61,246 nt of DNA from Planctomycetota bacterium. GTDB lineage: Bacteria > Planctomycetota > GCA-002687715 > DRQF01. The stretch is taken from contig JAZGFI010000145.1 of assembly GCA_036479435.1 (NCBI GenBank), positions 1 to 61,246 on the forward strand, given 5' to 3'. The notes beneath the pieces are model-generated. The model saw only the letters and a list, made by a program, of their open reading frames with translations. It ran no database searches and was not told the DNA's origin. The position numbers and the translations under genes were made by a program. Shown piece after piece: positions 8,763 to 18,511 of this stretch (positions within the stretch are counted from its first letter, which is position 1; the number at the start of each line of letters is the position of its first letter).

Positions 8763-11700
8763 ATGCTGCGTATTAATGGCCGCTTGTTGCGGACTGCCAG
8801 CCTCTCATTCGCCCTCATCGTCACGCTGACTCTCGCCGCCTGTAGTGGTGGTGGCTCCAATGCCGGAGCCGGCGATGGATCGACCGTTATCTCGGCTTCC
8901 GTAACGGGAGTGTCGGGAGCACCGGATGGCGTGGTCAACCAGTCATCTTCTGGCGGCGTGTTCATCGGCGTTCTGTTTGAAACTTCGGTGAGCATAACCG
9001 ATACCGTGATCTTGACGTTTACCGATCCGACCGGTCAGGTCGTGATTTTTGAGGCTCCGGCCCCCGAAGGCGGCGGGACGGAGAGCGTCGGTCCGATCGA
9101 CCTGTCGTTGCTAACGGACGGCTTCATCGAGCTCGAAGGCGTCATCCGCACTGAGGTTGGCGTGCTCGGCGTACCCAATGACCTCGGCGGCATCGACCTC
9201 GACCAGACTGGCCCCGGCATCCCCGATGCCGTGCGGGTTCCGGCGACTTCCGGCGTCCCCGCGGATACGGTGTCGCAGCTGACTGAGAACAACGTCGAGC
9301 TCTTGATCGACTTTATCTCCGGATTCTTGGGCGACGAAACGATCCAAGTCGAGTTTCGCGATGGTTCGACCACCATCATCGCTCCCGCAGCGCAGCCTTC
9401 GGCCGGGTCGACCTCGATCTCGCTTGCGGGCTTAGACCTCGCGAGTCTGATTGACGGCAGTATCGAGGTCATCGTGACCCTGAGCGATCCCAGCGGCAAC
9501 TCCACGGTCGTCAACGGCAATCAAATCCTAAAAGACACATTTGTTCCTGAACTGCAAACGGCGTTCATTCCCGCCGGTAACGACAACCCCCAAGATACCG
9601 TGACCTCGTTGACGGAGGGCGTGGTGCGGATTGATGTTGACGTGCCGACGACGGCCGTCGCTGGCGATACCGTTCGCATTACCATCGATGGCGCGAGTGG
9701 TCCCATCATTCTGCCGACCTTGGCCGCCCCGGATGGCGGCGGCTCGCTTAGTTTCGAGAACGTCGATCTGAGCGGCGAAGCAGACGGCCAGATCGACTAT
9801 TCGGTTGAGGTTTTCGATGCGATCGGCAACCGCTTCGATCTTTCGAAGAACGCCCTTAAGGACACACTTGTTGGGCTGGCGATGACGTCCGAAGTGCCCG
9901 CAGGCACTGACAACGCGGTCAACGCGATTTCGGCGCTTTCGGCTGACGAGGTTTACCTCGACGTGCTGCTCAACTTAGATGTCGAGACCGGTGACGCGAT
10001 CCTGATCGTATACACCGACGGCAACGGCACCACCACTGATTTCAGCGCCACCGCTCCGAGCGACCTCAGTACTCCGGTTCGCTTTGGTCCCGTCGACGCA
10101 CAAACTTTGATCGACGGCCTGATCTCGATCACGGTGACGGTGCAAGATTCGGTGGGCAACACTTCGCCGCCGCTAAGCGGACAAGCTACTAAGGACACGA
10201 TCGCTCCCAACCCGCCGACGGCGGCGATCGTCCCGCAGACCGCCAACAACCCCGCCGGCTTTGTCAACGCGATGACGACGGGGTCGGTCACGATCGAGAT
10301 TAACTACCCCGAGGTTTACGAAAGCGGTTCCACGGCGCTGGTTGCCATCTCAGATGGCACGTCGACGATCGACCTTCAGGATGTCACCCCGACATCCGGC
10401 ACGACGATGACGATCCCCAACGTCGATCTCAGCGCCTTTGTAGAGGGCGCTCTGACGATTAGGGCTTGGGTTAGAGATTCGGCCGGCAACAACTCAAGCG
10501 CCACGGTAGGCAGCGCCACCAAGGACGTCAGCGTCGTCGCCGTGACGGCGGTGACGCTTCCCCAGGGAACCGGCAACCCGGCGGGATTCGTGAACTCCAA
10601 CTCCCAAGGCGCCGTAGACTTTTCGTTTACGATGCCGGCTGGCGCTCTGGCGACCGACGTCGTTGAGTCTTTCGCCACGGTTGGAGCTTCCACGATTGCC
10701 CTGGCGCCGACGATGGCTCCGCAGGGCGGTGCTGTGTTCACCTTAGGCGGACAAAACCTCGCCGGCCTTTCGGATGGCCTATTCGCGATTAGCGGCACCG
10801 TCATCGACGTTGCGGGTAATACCGCCAGTTTCGGGCCGTTTACCGGCTTTGAGAAAGACAGCACGGCCCCTGGCGCTGTGACCGGACTCAGTGTTGCAGC
10901 CGGAGCGAGCAACAACCAAAACGAAGTCAACCTCAGCAACGTTGCGCTGACTTTCTTCGATATCATCTGGCCGAGTGGCCTTGCGGGTAACGAACAAGGC
11001 TTCATCGAACTTCTGAGTAGTGGCGGAGGCACTTTGACTCTCGGACCCATCGCGGTGCCGACGAATGGGGGCAGCGCGCAAATCGGGCCCTTTGACCTAA
11101 CCACACTCCCAGACGGGACGATTGCCGCCGTCGTCAATATTGATGACCCCGCGGGCAACCGTAGCCCCTTCACCGCCCCGACCTTTACGAAAGACACCAA
11201 CAGCGTCGTGGCCCCGAGCAGCGCCTTCGTGCAGGGGTCCGGCGTCAATGCTCAAGACGTCATTAACTCCTTTACAGTTAACGGCGTGGTTTGCGAAATC
11301 AGCCTGCCGGCGACTTACATCGGCACGGAATCAGTGTTCGTCATTCTCTCTGACATCTCCAACCCCAATGTCCAGTCGGCGCCGCAGTTGGCTCCAAATG
11401 GCGGCGGCACGATGGCCTTTACTGGCATCGATGTGAGCAGTCTTGACGACGGGCCGATCGCACTCAGCATCTCTATCGACGATGGCTCGGGGCCGATCGT
11501 ATTCGCCGGTGATCCGGCGACCAAAGACACGACCTTGTCATCGGCACCCAGTGCGATCAATGTCGCGATGACGGCGCAGAACCCACTGAACTTTGTCAAC
11601 GCCACCACGGCGGGCGCAGCTACTATCAGTGTTCAGATTCCGGCAGACTACGACGGGACCGAGTCGATCTCGGTCACCATCAACGACAGCGTGAGTCCTT

Positions 11701-14700
11701 TAGTCGTGACGGCGACTCAGATCAGCCCGGTGGGGCCGGCCCTAGCCACCTTCACCGGCGTCAATATTTCCGCTCTCAATGACGGAAACTTGGCCTTGTT
11801 CTTCAACGTCACGGATTCCAATGGCAACCAAGTGAGCTTCAACGGCACGTCGGCGCTCAAAGACGTCGTGCTGCCCGACGGCCCGAACAACCTTGGTGTC
11901 GCTGCTGGCGCACAGAACGCCATCAACGTGATCAACGAATTCAACTTGACGGCGACCGAGCTCGACATTGATTGGGCCAACACGCTTATCGGGGACGAGA
12001 TCGTCGACATCACGATGACCTCGAACAACGGCGGCAACCTGAGCCTCAGCCCTTCGGCTCCGGCCGGTGGTGGTATCGTCAACGCCACGGGGATCAACTC
12101 GACTCCGCTCGCGGACGGGACGATCTCCATTGTCATGACCTTGACCGACCCAGCGGGCAACGTTCGCGTAACCAACGGGACCCCTGCGACCAAGGATTCG
12201 ACCGATTCCTCGGACGCGACCTCGGTCTTTGTCGCGATGGGAAGCAGCAACCCCCAAGGGTTCATCAACGCCGCCAATGTTGGTGCGGTCACGGTGACGA
12301 TTGCTTTTGATCCCAATGCTGATCCGGCGGACACCGTTACGGTCAAGTTCACTGACGACATGGCGCTGACCATCGCTCCAGCCACCGCGGGGAGTCCGAA
12401 CCCCGGGGGCACGATCAACCTTGGCACCTTCAACTTGACGGCTCTAGACGACGGCTTCATTGTTATCGAGGTCACAGTCGAAGATGCGCTCGGCAACACG
12501 ACGACGCTGATCGACATGCTGACCGTCAAAGACGTTGTCGCTCCGACGACCCCGAGCATGGCCCAAGTGCCCCAAGGCAGCGACAATCCCGAAGACACCG
12601 TCAATGCTCTTACGGAAGGTGCGGTTACGGCCGAGGTGGTGATTCCCGGCGACTACGCTGGAGACGAAAACGTCTTCTTTCGGTTCACGCAAGGTCCAAC
12701 AACCATCGATTCGACGGGCTTTGTCGCCACCGCGACTGGCCTGAGCACCGAAAACAACATCAACTTGACGGCCCTCGCCGACGGGGCCATCGGTCTCGAC
12801 GTCGTCGTGACCGATCCGGCCGGAAACATCACGACCTTAAGTGGCGATACGGTCACCAAAGACACCGTCCTTCCGGTCGCGAACAATAGCCTCAGCATTG
12901 ACCCGGGTGCCAACAACGACCTTGACGTCGTCAACATCGCCTCCGTTGGCGGTGCAAGATTCACCCTCGCTTGGGACGCCTCCCTCGCCGGTGATGAATC
13001 CGTGACCTTTGCCTTGACCAGCAGCGGTGGCGGCAGCATCGTCGTCGGCCCGGTCACGCCGACGGCCGGCGCGAGCATCTCGGAAGGCCCCTTCGATCTG
13101 AGTGGGCTCAGCGACGGCGTTCTGACCATCGAGATCAGAATCGAAGACCCGGCCGGCAACATCGCCACGGCGACCGTGATGGGGGCGATCTATGATATCA
13201 CGGCTCCTGCCTCGGCGACCGCGGCTGAAATCGCTTCCGGTGCGAACAACGCGGCCGACATCGTCAACTTGGCGAGTCAGGGAGCGGCTGAAGTCTCGCT
13301 GACTTTCCCCAATCCTTCGGACGCCAACGATACTTACGAGATCTCGATCAGCGATGTCGCATCGACCAATGTGCTGAGCTCGGGAACACTCAATCCTCCG
13401 GCTCTTGGCGGAACCCTGGCGATCTCGAGTTTCGTCCTGAGCGGCCTGCTCGAGGGCAACCTGAATGTCGTCGTTACCGTGACCGATGCCGCGCGTAACC
13501 CGAGCGTCTTTGTCGGCGATACCGCCTTGAAGGACACCATCGTACCGGCGACCATCACTTCGGCTCAGGTCGCGATGACCGCGAATAACCCGATTCATTG
13601 GATCAACGAAGACACGATGTCGTCAGCGACCGTGACGGTTGACACCCCGACGACCTATGACGCGAACCATCAGCTGTTCGTTCAGGTGTCTGACGGAACC
13701 AACATGACGACAGAAACGGCAGCGCAGAGCCCTAGCGGTGGTGGCGCAACCGATCAGTTGACCTATGCCGGAATCAACGCGGCGGCACTTGCAGACGGAG
13801 TTTCCAATATCCTGATCAGCGTTCGCGTTGTGGATGGAGCCGGAAACCAGATGACCTACGCCGGTCTTGTGGCATCGAAGGACATTGTTGATCCCGATCT
13901 GCCCACGGCCTTCGTCGTGGCCTCCGGTGCCAGTAACGCCCAGGATGTTGTCAACGAGAACAACCAGGGGGTGATTTCAACGATCATCACCTGGGGTGCG
14001 GCGCAAGAAACCGACGAGGACGCGGTCCTGACCGCTTCGAGTTCCGGCGGGGGCACTCCGTTTGTCTCCGCGTCTTTCAATCCGTCGGCCGCGGCTGCTG
14101 CCGACACCTTGGCGAACTTTGACGGGACGGCGATCAACGACGGCAACCTAACGCTGGCGCTGTTGATCACGGACCCTGCGGGCAATGTCAGCAACTTCAG
14201 CGTTACCAATGCTACGAAAGATGCGACCGACCCGGACGCACCCTCGGCCGCCCACGTTGCGGTTGGTGCGACCAACCCCATCGACGGCATCGACCCGAAC
14301 AACAATGCTTCCGCTACGGTAACGGTGGATCTGCCGAACACGCTGCTCAACACGGATACGGTATTTGTGGTTCTGAGCGACGGAGTGTCGAGCACCACGC
14401 CTACCGCGATTCAGAGCCCGACCGGCGGCGTCATCGAAACCCTCACCTTCAACGGCATCGACGCCACGAGTCTCAACGAGGGTCTCATCGACGTTTTGAT
14501 AACGCTGCGTGATTCCCTCGGAAACGAACGGGTGTTCTCCGGTACCCAAGCGACGAAGTCACTGACCACCCCGGACCCGGTGACGGCGGCTAACGTCGCG
14601 GCGATTGCGATGACGAACCCCGTTGACTGGATCAACTCGGCCTCGGCATCGTCTTTTAGTGTTGACGTCCTATCGCCAGCGACCTATCTCGGAAGCGAAT

Positions 14701-17700
14701 CCGTGGTGGTCACCATTTCCGACGGCACCAACATGGTGGTGTCGGGAGCGGTGCTCGCGCCCGCTGGCGGTGGCACGATGACCTTCACGAGTCTGAACGC
14801 AGCTGCCGTTAGCCTCGCGGACTCATTGGCTTTGGTGATTACCGTTGACGTAACGGATGGCGCGGGCAACAGCGCTAGTTTTGGTCCCTTCAGCGCCATG
14901 AAGGACACCGTCGACCCTGATATGCCGCAAGCGCTTAACGTCAAGGCTTCCGCCGGCGTCAACGCGATCGACTTCATCGATTCTGACAACGTCGCCGCGA
15001 CCGTGCTTTCGGTGCAGTGGGGCGCCAGTCAGGAGACGACGGATTCGGCAACGGTGGCGGTGACGAGCACCGCTTCCGCTACTTCAGCTTCGCTTTCGCC
15101 CAGCGCGGCCGGAGCGACCGATGACTTTGCGTCCTTCGACACCTCGGCCCTGGCCGATTCGAGCGCGGGTGGCGTTGGCTTGGTGATCACGGTGACCGAC
15201 CTCGCCGGGAACACGTCGACCTTCAACGGCACTTCGGCGACGAAGGATACGACTGCGCCGGATGCCGCGACGGCAGCGATCGTCACTGCGAACTTGCCCG
15301 CGCAGGCTCAGAATGTCATCAACTCGACGAATGCGACGGCAGTCGAACTGCAGGTGACCCTGCCCGCCACGACCGATGCGAACGACACAGTAAGCGTCAC
15401 CTTGACGGACGGGGGTTCGGCGGTGGCGACCACCGCGACGATCGCGGGCGGTAACACGACCACGACTTTTGCGACAATCGATGTCTCGGGGGCGGGCTTC
15501 AATCTGTCGGATGGCAGTCTCGCCGTCGCGGTGGTGTTGACGGATGAACATGGCAACACCATGACTTACCCGATCGCAACTCCGGTGCTCCTGGATACGG
15601 TCGATCCCGCACCGGCGAGTACGGCAATCATTGCGTCTGGCGCCAACAACCCGGCTGATTTCATCAACATCGCGTCGGAATCGACGGTTTCGGTCGACGT
15701 CGGGACTCCGGCGAGCTACACCGGAGTCGAAATGGTCACGGTCGTCCTCAGTGACGGCGCGAACATGACGACGCCGGCAACGATGGCGGCCAATGGCGGC
15801 GCTGAAACTCTGACATTCACGGGCATTGACACCTCGTCGCTAAACGAGGGTGCCATTAGCATCTTGGTGGACGTCGTGGATTCAGCCCAGAACTCGGCGA
15901 CGCAGTTCTCAGGATCGGGGACAAAAGACGTTGGCGCACCCGATCTCACTAAAGCTGAGATCCCGGCCAATATTAGCAACCCGCTCAACCTGATCGGCCC
16001 CGACGTGGAGACCGCGGTGACCTTGCGGGCCACTTTCAGTACCGCCTCGGTCAACACCGACACTTTTGTGATGGCGCTGACTGACGGCTCGACCACCATC
16101 AACATCCCGGCGACGATGGCAACTAGCGGAGCCGGAAACGTCGATCAAACGAATCAGGATCTGAGTAGCCTGGCGGATGGTGATGTCACGATGACGGTGA
16201 CGGCAACTGACCTCGCCGGCAACCAAACCGTCGTCACTGCGGACTTGCAGAAGTTCAGCAAACTCGACGTCGCCCGAGTGGTCTTGGCGGCGAACAAAGA
16301 CGACGACACGGTGACGTCGTACCTCTTTGATACGACGGACGGAACCTTGTTCCCAACCGGCTTTCGGGTCGTCGGCGACGAGCCCGTTGATTTGGCGCTG
16401 GCCGAGTCCGGCGGGTTTTTGTTTGTGGCCAACCAGGCCTCGGACAACATCTCAGCCTTCACGGTTAATCGCCAAGAGGCGCTTTTGATCGAGATTGCGG
16501 GCAGTCCTTTTGCGGCTGGTACCGGGGTTTCGGCCCTCGCAGTGGATCGTTCGGCCAGCGTCTTAGCCGCCGCCAACACCACTGCCAACAACATTGAGAT
16601 CTTCACGATCGACGGCTCAGGGGTGCTGGCTTCGGCCGGGACTCATGCCCTGGGAAGTGCCGTGGCCGATGTCACATTTGATCCTTCGGGTCGCTTCGTC
16701 TTTGCCTGTTCGGCGGGGATGTTGCACTCGTGGACGGTTGACCGCAGCAACGGAGCCCTCACCAACGCCGCAACGCAGGCCTTTGGACCGGGTATCTTGC
16801 GCGTCGAGGTTCACCCTTCGGGGCGTTGGGCCTACGTTATCTCGGAGGCGGGAGCGACGATCGATACCTTCGATATTGACCAGGCCTCTGGCGCCTTGTC
16901 GCAGAAGGCACAGATCGCGACCGGAACGACGCCAAGCGAGATCTCAATTACGCCGAACGGTGCGACAGTGTTTGTCTCTAACGTGGGGTCGAACGACACC
17001 TCGATGTACGACGTCAACTCCACGACGGGACTCTTGGTTGCGACGGCCGCGTCGCCGATCTCAACGGGCGGCGTTAGCTCCGCACCCTCGGGTGCCATTG
17101 CCGAGTATGGGAGCGACTGGTTCATCTCCGCGAACACTGGAGATAACGAATTAGAAGTCTTTGGGGTCAACACGGGAGCGGGCACCGCAATGACTGTGTC
17201 CTCCTGGCCGACCCATAGCATGCCGGTGGATGTCGTTCTTCTCCACTCCCAAGGCCCGGCTGGCGTCAGCTTCGATCTTGAGAATGTTTACGTTGCCAAC
17301 CAGGCATCGGGGGATCTGTCTCAGTTCACCCTCAACGATGCGGACGGGACTTTCTCAGCCTTGGCTCCCGAACTCGTAAGTTCGGGAACCGGAGCGGGCA
17401 GCCAGCCCGCGGGCATGGTCATTCACCCCACGGGCGAGTTCCTTTACATCGTGAATGGTGCCGATGATAGCGTTTCGCAGTTTGCGATCGGCCAGGTCAG
17501 TGGCACCGTTAGCTTGGTTAGCTCCTACACGATTCCTACCAACGCCGGCGGAGGCCCGCCGCGCAACCCGGGCGGAATCGCAATGAGTCCGACCGGTTTG
17601 TTCTTGTTCGTGACGAGTAGATCTACGGGTGAGGTCGTGCCTTTCGCGATCGACCCCTCTGATGGCGACCTTGTGGCTGGCACCCCGGTGTCGACCAACG

Positions 17701-18329
17701 GAACCGACCCGACCAAACTGGTGACGTCGACGAGTGGCAAGTTTCTGTATGTGCTGAACTCAGGATCTTCGCAGGTTGAGGCCTTTGGCATCGACCTTGC
17801 GAGCGGTGCTTTGGCATCGGTCGATACCGAGGGTAGTCTAAATACGGCGGCGAACCTTGCCGTGCATCCGAGCGGCAAGTTCCTCTATGTCGTCACGAAC
17901 TTCTTTGGTGTCAAGATCTTCGACGTCGATTCGGCGACCGGAGCCTTGACCTACAACGGGGCCATTGACGCCACGACCGGCAATGGTGCGAACTCGATCA
18001 CCACGAACCCGAGCGGTACTTTTGCCTACGTCGTGAACCGGCAGGATTCCAACGTGAGTTCCTACACGATCAACATTAGCACCGGAGCCTTGTCGCAAGT
18101 GGGAGTTGCAGCATCCGCGCCCATTGGCCCCGATGCTCGCAACATCACCATCGATCCTCTCGGTCGCTACGCCTACGTAACGGACTTCGCACAGTCGGGA
18201 GCGGGAACGATCTACCTGTTTGATATCAATTCGGGTACCGGCGCCTTGACCGCCAACGCGACCCAGCCCACGCAAAGCCTCGCGGGCTTGGGATCCGACA
18301 CGATCGCGATGCGCTTCGTGGTCCAATAA
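8763..18329 (+). CDS. Giant (3188 aa) surface lipoprotein: about 22 tandem Ig-like repeats followed by lactonase (6-phosphogluconolactonase-like) beta-propeller repeats
   Basis: Lipobox LAAC followed by SGGGS. About 110-aa repeats (N..D.VN...DG...D.S.L.DG.....D.AGN...KD) up to about nt 16260. Then repeated HPSG.F/WLYV.N...S.V..F.ID..SG.L blades. Confidence 0.88.
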   Translation: MLRINGRLLRTASLSFALIVTLTLAACSGGGSNAGAGDGSTVISASVTGVSGAPDGVVNQSSSGGVFIGVLFETSVSITDTVILTFTDPTGQVVIFEAPAPEGGGTESVGPIDLSLLTDGFIELEGVIRTEVGVLGVPNDLGGIDLDQTGPGIPDAVRVPATSGVPADTVSQLTENNVELLIDFISGFLGDETIQVEFRDGSTTIIAPAAQPSAGSTSISLAGLDLASLIDGSIEVIVTLSDPSGNSTVVNGNQILKDTFVPELQTAFIPAGNDNPQDTVTSLTEGVVRIDVDVPTTAVAGDTVRITIDGASGPIILPTLAAPDGGGSLSFENVDLSGEADGQIDYSVEVFDAIGNRFDLSKNALKDTLVGLAMTSEVPAGTDNAVNAISALSADEVYLDVLLNLDVETGDAILIVYTDGNGTTTDFSATAPSDLSTPVRFGPVDAQTLIDGLISITVTVQDSVGNTSPPLSGQATKDTIAPNPPTAAIVPQTANNPAGFVNAMTTGSVTIEINYPEVYESGSTALVAISDGTSTIDLQDVTPTSGTTMTIPNVDLSAFVEGALTIRAWVRDSAGNNSSATVGSATKDVSVVAVTAVTLPQGTGNPAGFVNSNSQGAVDFSFTMPAGALATDVVESFATVGASTIALAPTMAPQGGAVFTLGGQNLAGLSDGLFAISGTVIDVAGNTASFGPFTGFEKDSTAPGAVTGLSVAAGASNNQNEVNLSNVALTFFDIIWPSGLAGNEQGFIELLSSGGGTLTLGPIAVPTNGGSAQIGPFDLTTLPDGTIAAVVNIDDPAGNRSPFTAPTFTKDTNSVVAPSSAFVQGSGVNAQDVINSFTVNGVVCEISLPATYIGTESVFVILSDISNPNVQSAPQLAPNGGGTMAFTGIDVSSLDDGPIALSISIDDGSGPIVFAGDPATKDTTLSSAPSAINVAMTAQNPLNFVNATTAGAATISVQIPADYDGTESISVTINDSVSPLVVTATQISPVGPALATFTGVNISALNDGNLALFFNVTDSNGNQVSFNGTSALKDVVLPDGPNNLGVAAGAQNAINVINEFNLTATELDIDWANTLIGDEIVDITMTSNNGGNLSLSPSAPAGGGIVNATGINSTPLADGTISIVMTLTDPAGNVRVTNGTPATKDSTDSSDATSVFVAMGSSNPQGFINAANVGAVTVTIAFDPNADPADTVTVKFTDDMALTIAPATAGSPNPGGTINLGTFNLTALDDGFIVIEVTVEDALGNTTTLIDMLTVKDVVAPTTPSMAQVPQGSDNPEDTVNALTEGAVTAEVVIPGDYAGDENVFFRFTQGPTTIDSTGFVATATGLSTENNINLTALADGAIGLDVVVTDPAGNITTLSGDTVTKDTVLPVANNSLSIDPGANNDLDVVNIASVGGARFTLAWDASLAGDESVTFALTSSGGGSIVVGPVTPTAGASISEGPFDLSGLSDGVLTIEIRIEDPAGNIATATVMGAIYDITAPASATAAEIASGANNAADIVNLASQGAAEVSLTFPNPSDANDTYEISISDVASTNVLSSGTLNPPALGGTLAISSFVLSGLLEGNLNVVVTVTDAARNPSVFVGDTALKDTIVPATITSAQVAMTANNPIHWINEDTMSSATVTVDTPTTYDANHQLFVQVSDGTNMTTETAAQSPSGGGATDQLTYAGINAAALADGVSNILISVRVVDGAGNQMTYAGLVASKDIVDPDLPTAFVVASGASNAQDVVNENNQGVISTIITWGAAQETDEDAVLTASSSGGGTPFVSASFNPSAAAAADTLANFDGTAINDGNLTLALLITDPAGNVSNFSVTNATKDATDPDAPSAAHVAVGATNPIDGIDPNNNASATVTVDLPNTLLNTDTVFVVLSDGVSSTTPTAIQSPTGGVIETLTFNGIDATSLNEGLIDVLITLRDSLGNERVFSGTQATKSLTTPDPVTAANVAAIAMTNPVDWINSASASSFSVDVLSPATYLGSESVVVTISDGTNMVVSGAVLAPAGGGTMTFTSLNAAAVSLADSLALVITVDVTDGAGNSASFGPFSAMKDTVDPDMPQALNVKASAGVNAIDFIDSDNVAATVLSVQWGASQETTDSATVAVTSTASATSASLSPSAAGATDDFASFDTSALADSSAGGVGLVITVTDLAGNTSTFNGTSATKDTTAPDAATAAIVTANLPAQAQNVINSTNATAVELQVTLPATTDANDTVSVTLTDGGSAVATTATIAGGNTTTTFATIDVSGAGFNLSDGSLAVAVVLTDEHGNTMTYPIATPVLLDTVDPAPASTAIIASGANNPADFINIASESTVSVDVGTPASYTGVEMVTVVLSDGANMTTPATMAANGGAETLTFTGIDTSSLNEGAISILVDVVDSAQNSATQFSGSGTKDVGAPDLTKAEIPANISNPLNLIGPDVETAVTLRATFSTASVNTDTFVMALTDGSTTINIPATMATSGAGNVDQTNQDLSSLADGDVTMTVTATDLAGNQTVVTADLQKFSKLDVARVVLAANKDDDTVTSYLFDTTDGTLFPTGFRVVGDEPVDLALAESGGFLFVANQASDNISAFTVNRQEALLIEIAGSPFAAGTGVSALAVDRSASVLAAANTTANNIEIFTIDGSGVLASAGTHALGSAVADVTFDPSGRFVFACSAGMLHSWTVDRSNGALTNAATQAFGPGILRVEVHPSGRWAYVISEAGATIDTFDIDQASGALSQKAQIATGTTPSEISITPNGATVFVSNVGSNDTSMYDVNSTTGLLVATAASPISTGGVSSAPSGAIAEYGSDWFISANTGDNELEVFGVNTGAGTAMTVSSWPTHSMPVDVVLLHSQGPAGVSFDLENVYVANQASGDLSQFTLNDADGTFSALAPELVSSGTGAGSQPAGMVIHPTGEFLYIVNGADDSVSQFAIGQVSGTVSLVSSYTIPTNAGGGPPRNPGGIAMSPTGLFLFVTSRSTGEVVPFAIDPSDGDLVAGTPVSTNGTDPTKLVTSTSGKFLYVLNSGSSQVEAFGIDLASGALASVDTEGSLNTAANLAVHPSGKFLYVVTNFFGVKIFDVDSATGALTYNGAIDATTGNGANSITTNPSGTFAYVVNRQDSNVSSYTINISTGALSQVGVAASAPIGPDARNITIDPLGRYAYVTDFAQSGAGTIYLFDINSGTGALTANATQPTQSLAGLGSDTIAMRFVVQ

Positions 18330-18341
18330 CAAGGCCAATAG

Positions 18342-18377
18342 CGGCGCGGTGTCTAAGGGGTGCCAGGCACCACGCCG
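18342..18377 (+). terminator. GC-rich hairpin downstream of the giant lipoprotein gene, containing the palindrome GGTGCCAGGCACC (18359-18371)
   Basis: cggcgcggtgtct ... aggcaccacgccg can pair with two imperfect positions. It lies between convergent genes and has only a weak T tail. Confidence 0.4.
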
Positions 18378-18447
18378 TCACTTTCCAGTACCACCCTCAG
18401 CGCGGGCCGTGGAGCCTTGTCGGGGAAAAGGGCGACGGGGGGTGGTT

Positions 18448-18499
18448 AAGTGGGAGAAAAGTGTCTGACGAGGAAAAGCGGGAGAATTTAGTCTGACGC
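18448..18499. repeat. Second locus of the GTCTGAC-core 28-bp repeat family
   Basis: aaaagcgggagaatttagtctgacgc is identical to 136-161. GTCTGAC cores at 18463-18469 and 18491-18497 are 28 bp apart. Confidence 0.85.
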
Positions 18500-18511
18500 G
18501 GTATGGCAGGT

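Noticed and set aside
8763..18329. RTX/T1SS adhesin or autotransporter call for the giant protein
   Set aside because: No GGxGxD nonapeptides, no C-terminal barrel and no T1SS genes. The N-terminal lipobox points to Sec/SPII export.
9035..18338. Many 60-295 aa antisense ORFs inside the giant lipoprotein and other genes
   Set aside because: Shadow ORFs expected from GC-rich codon bias, with no independent motifs.
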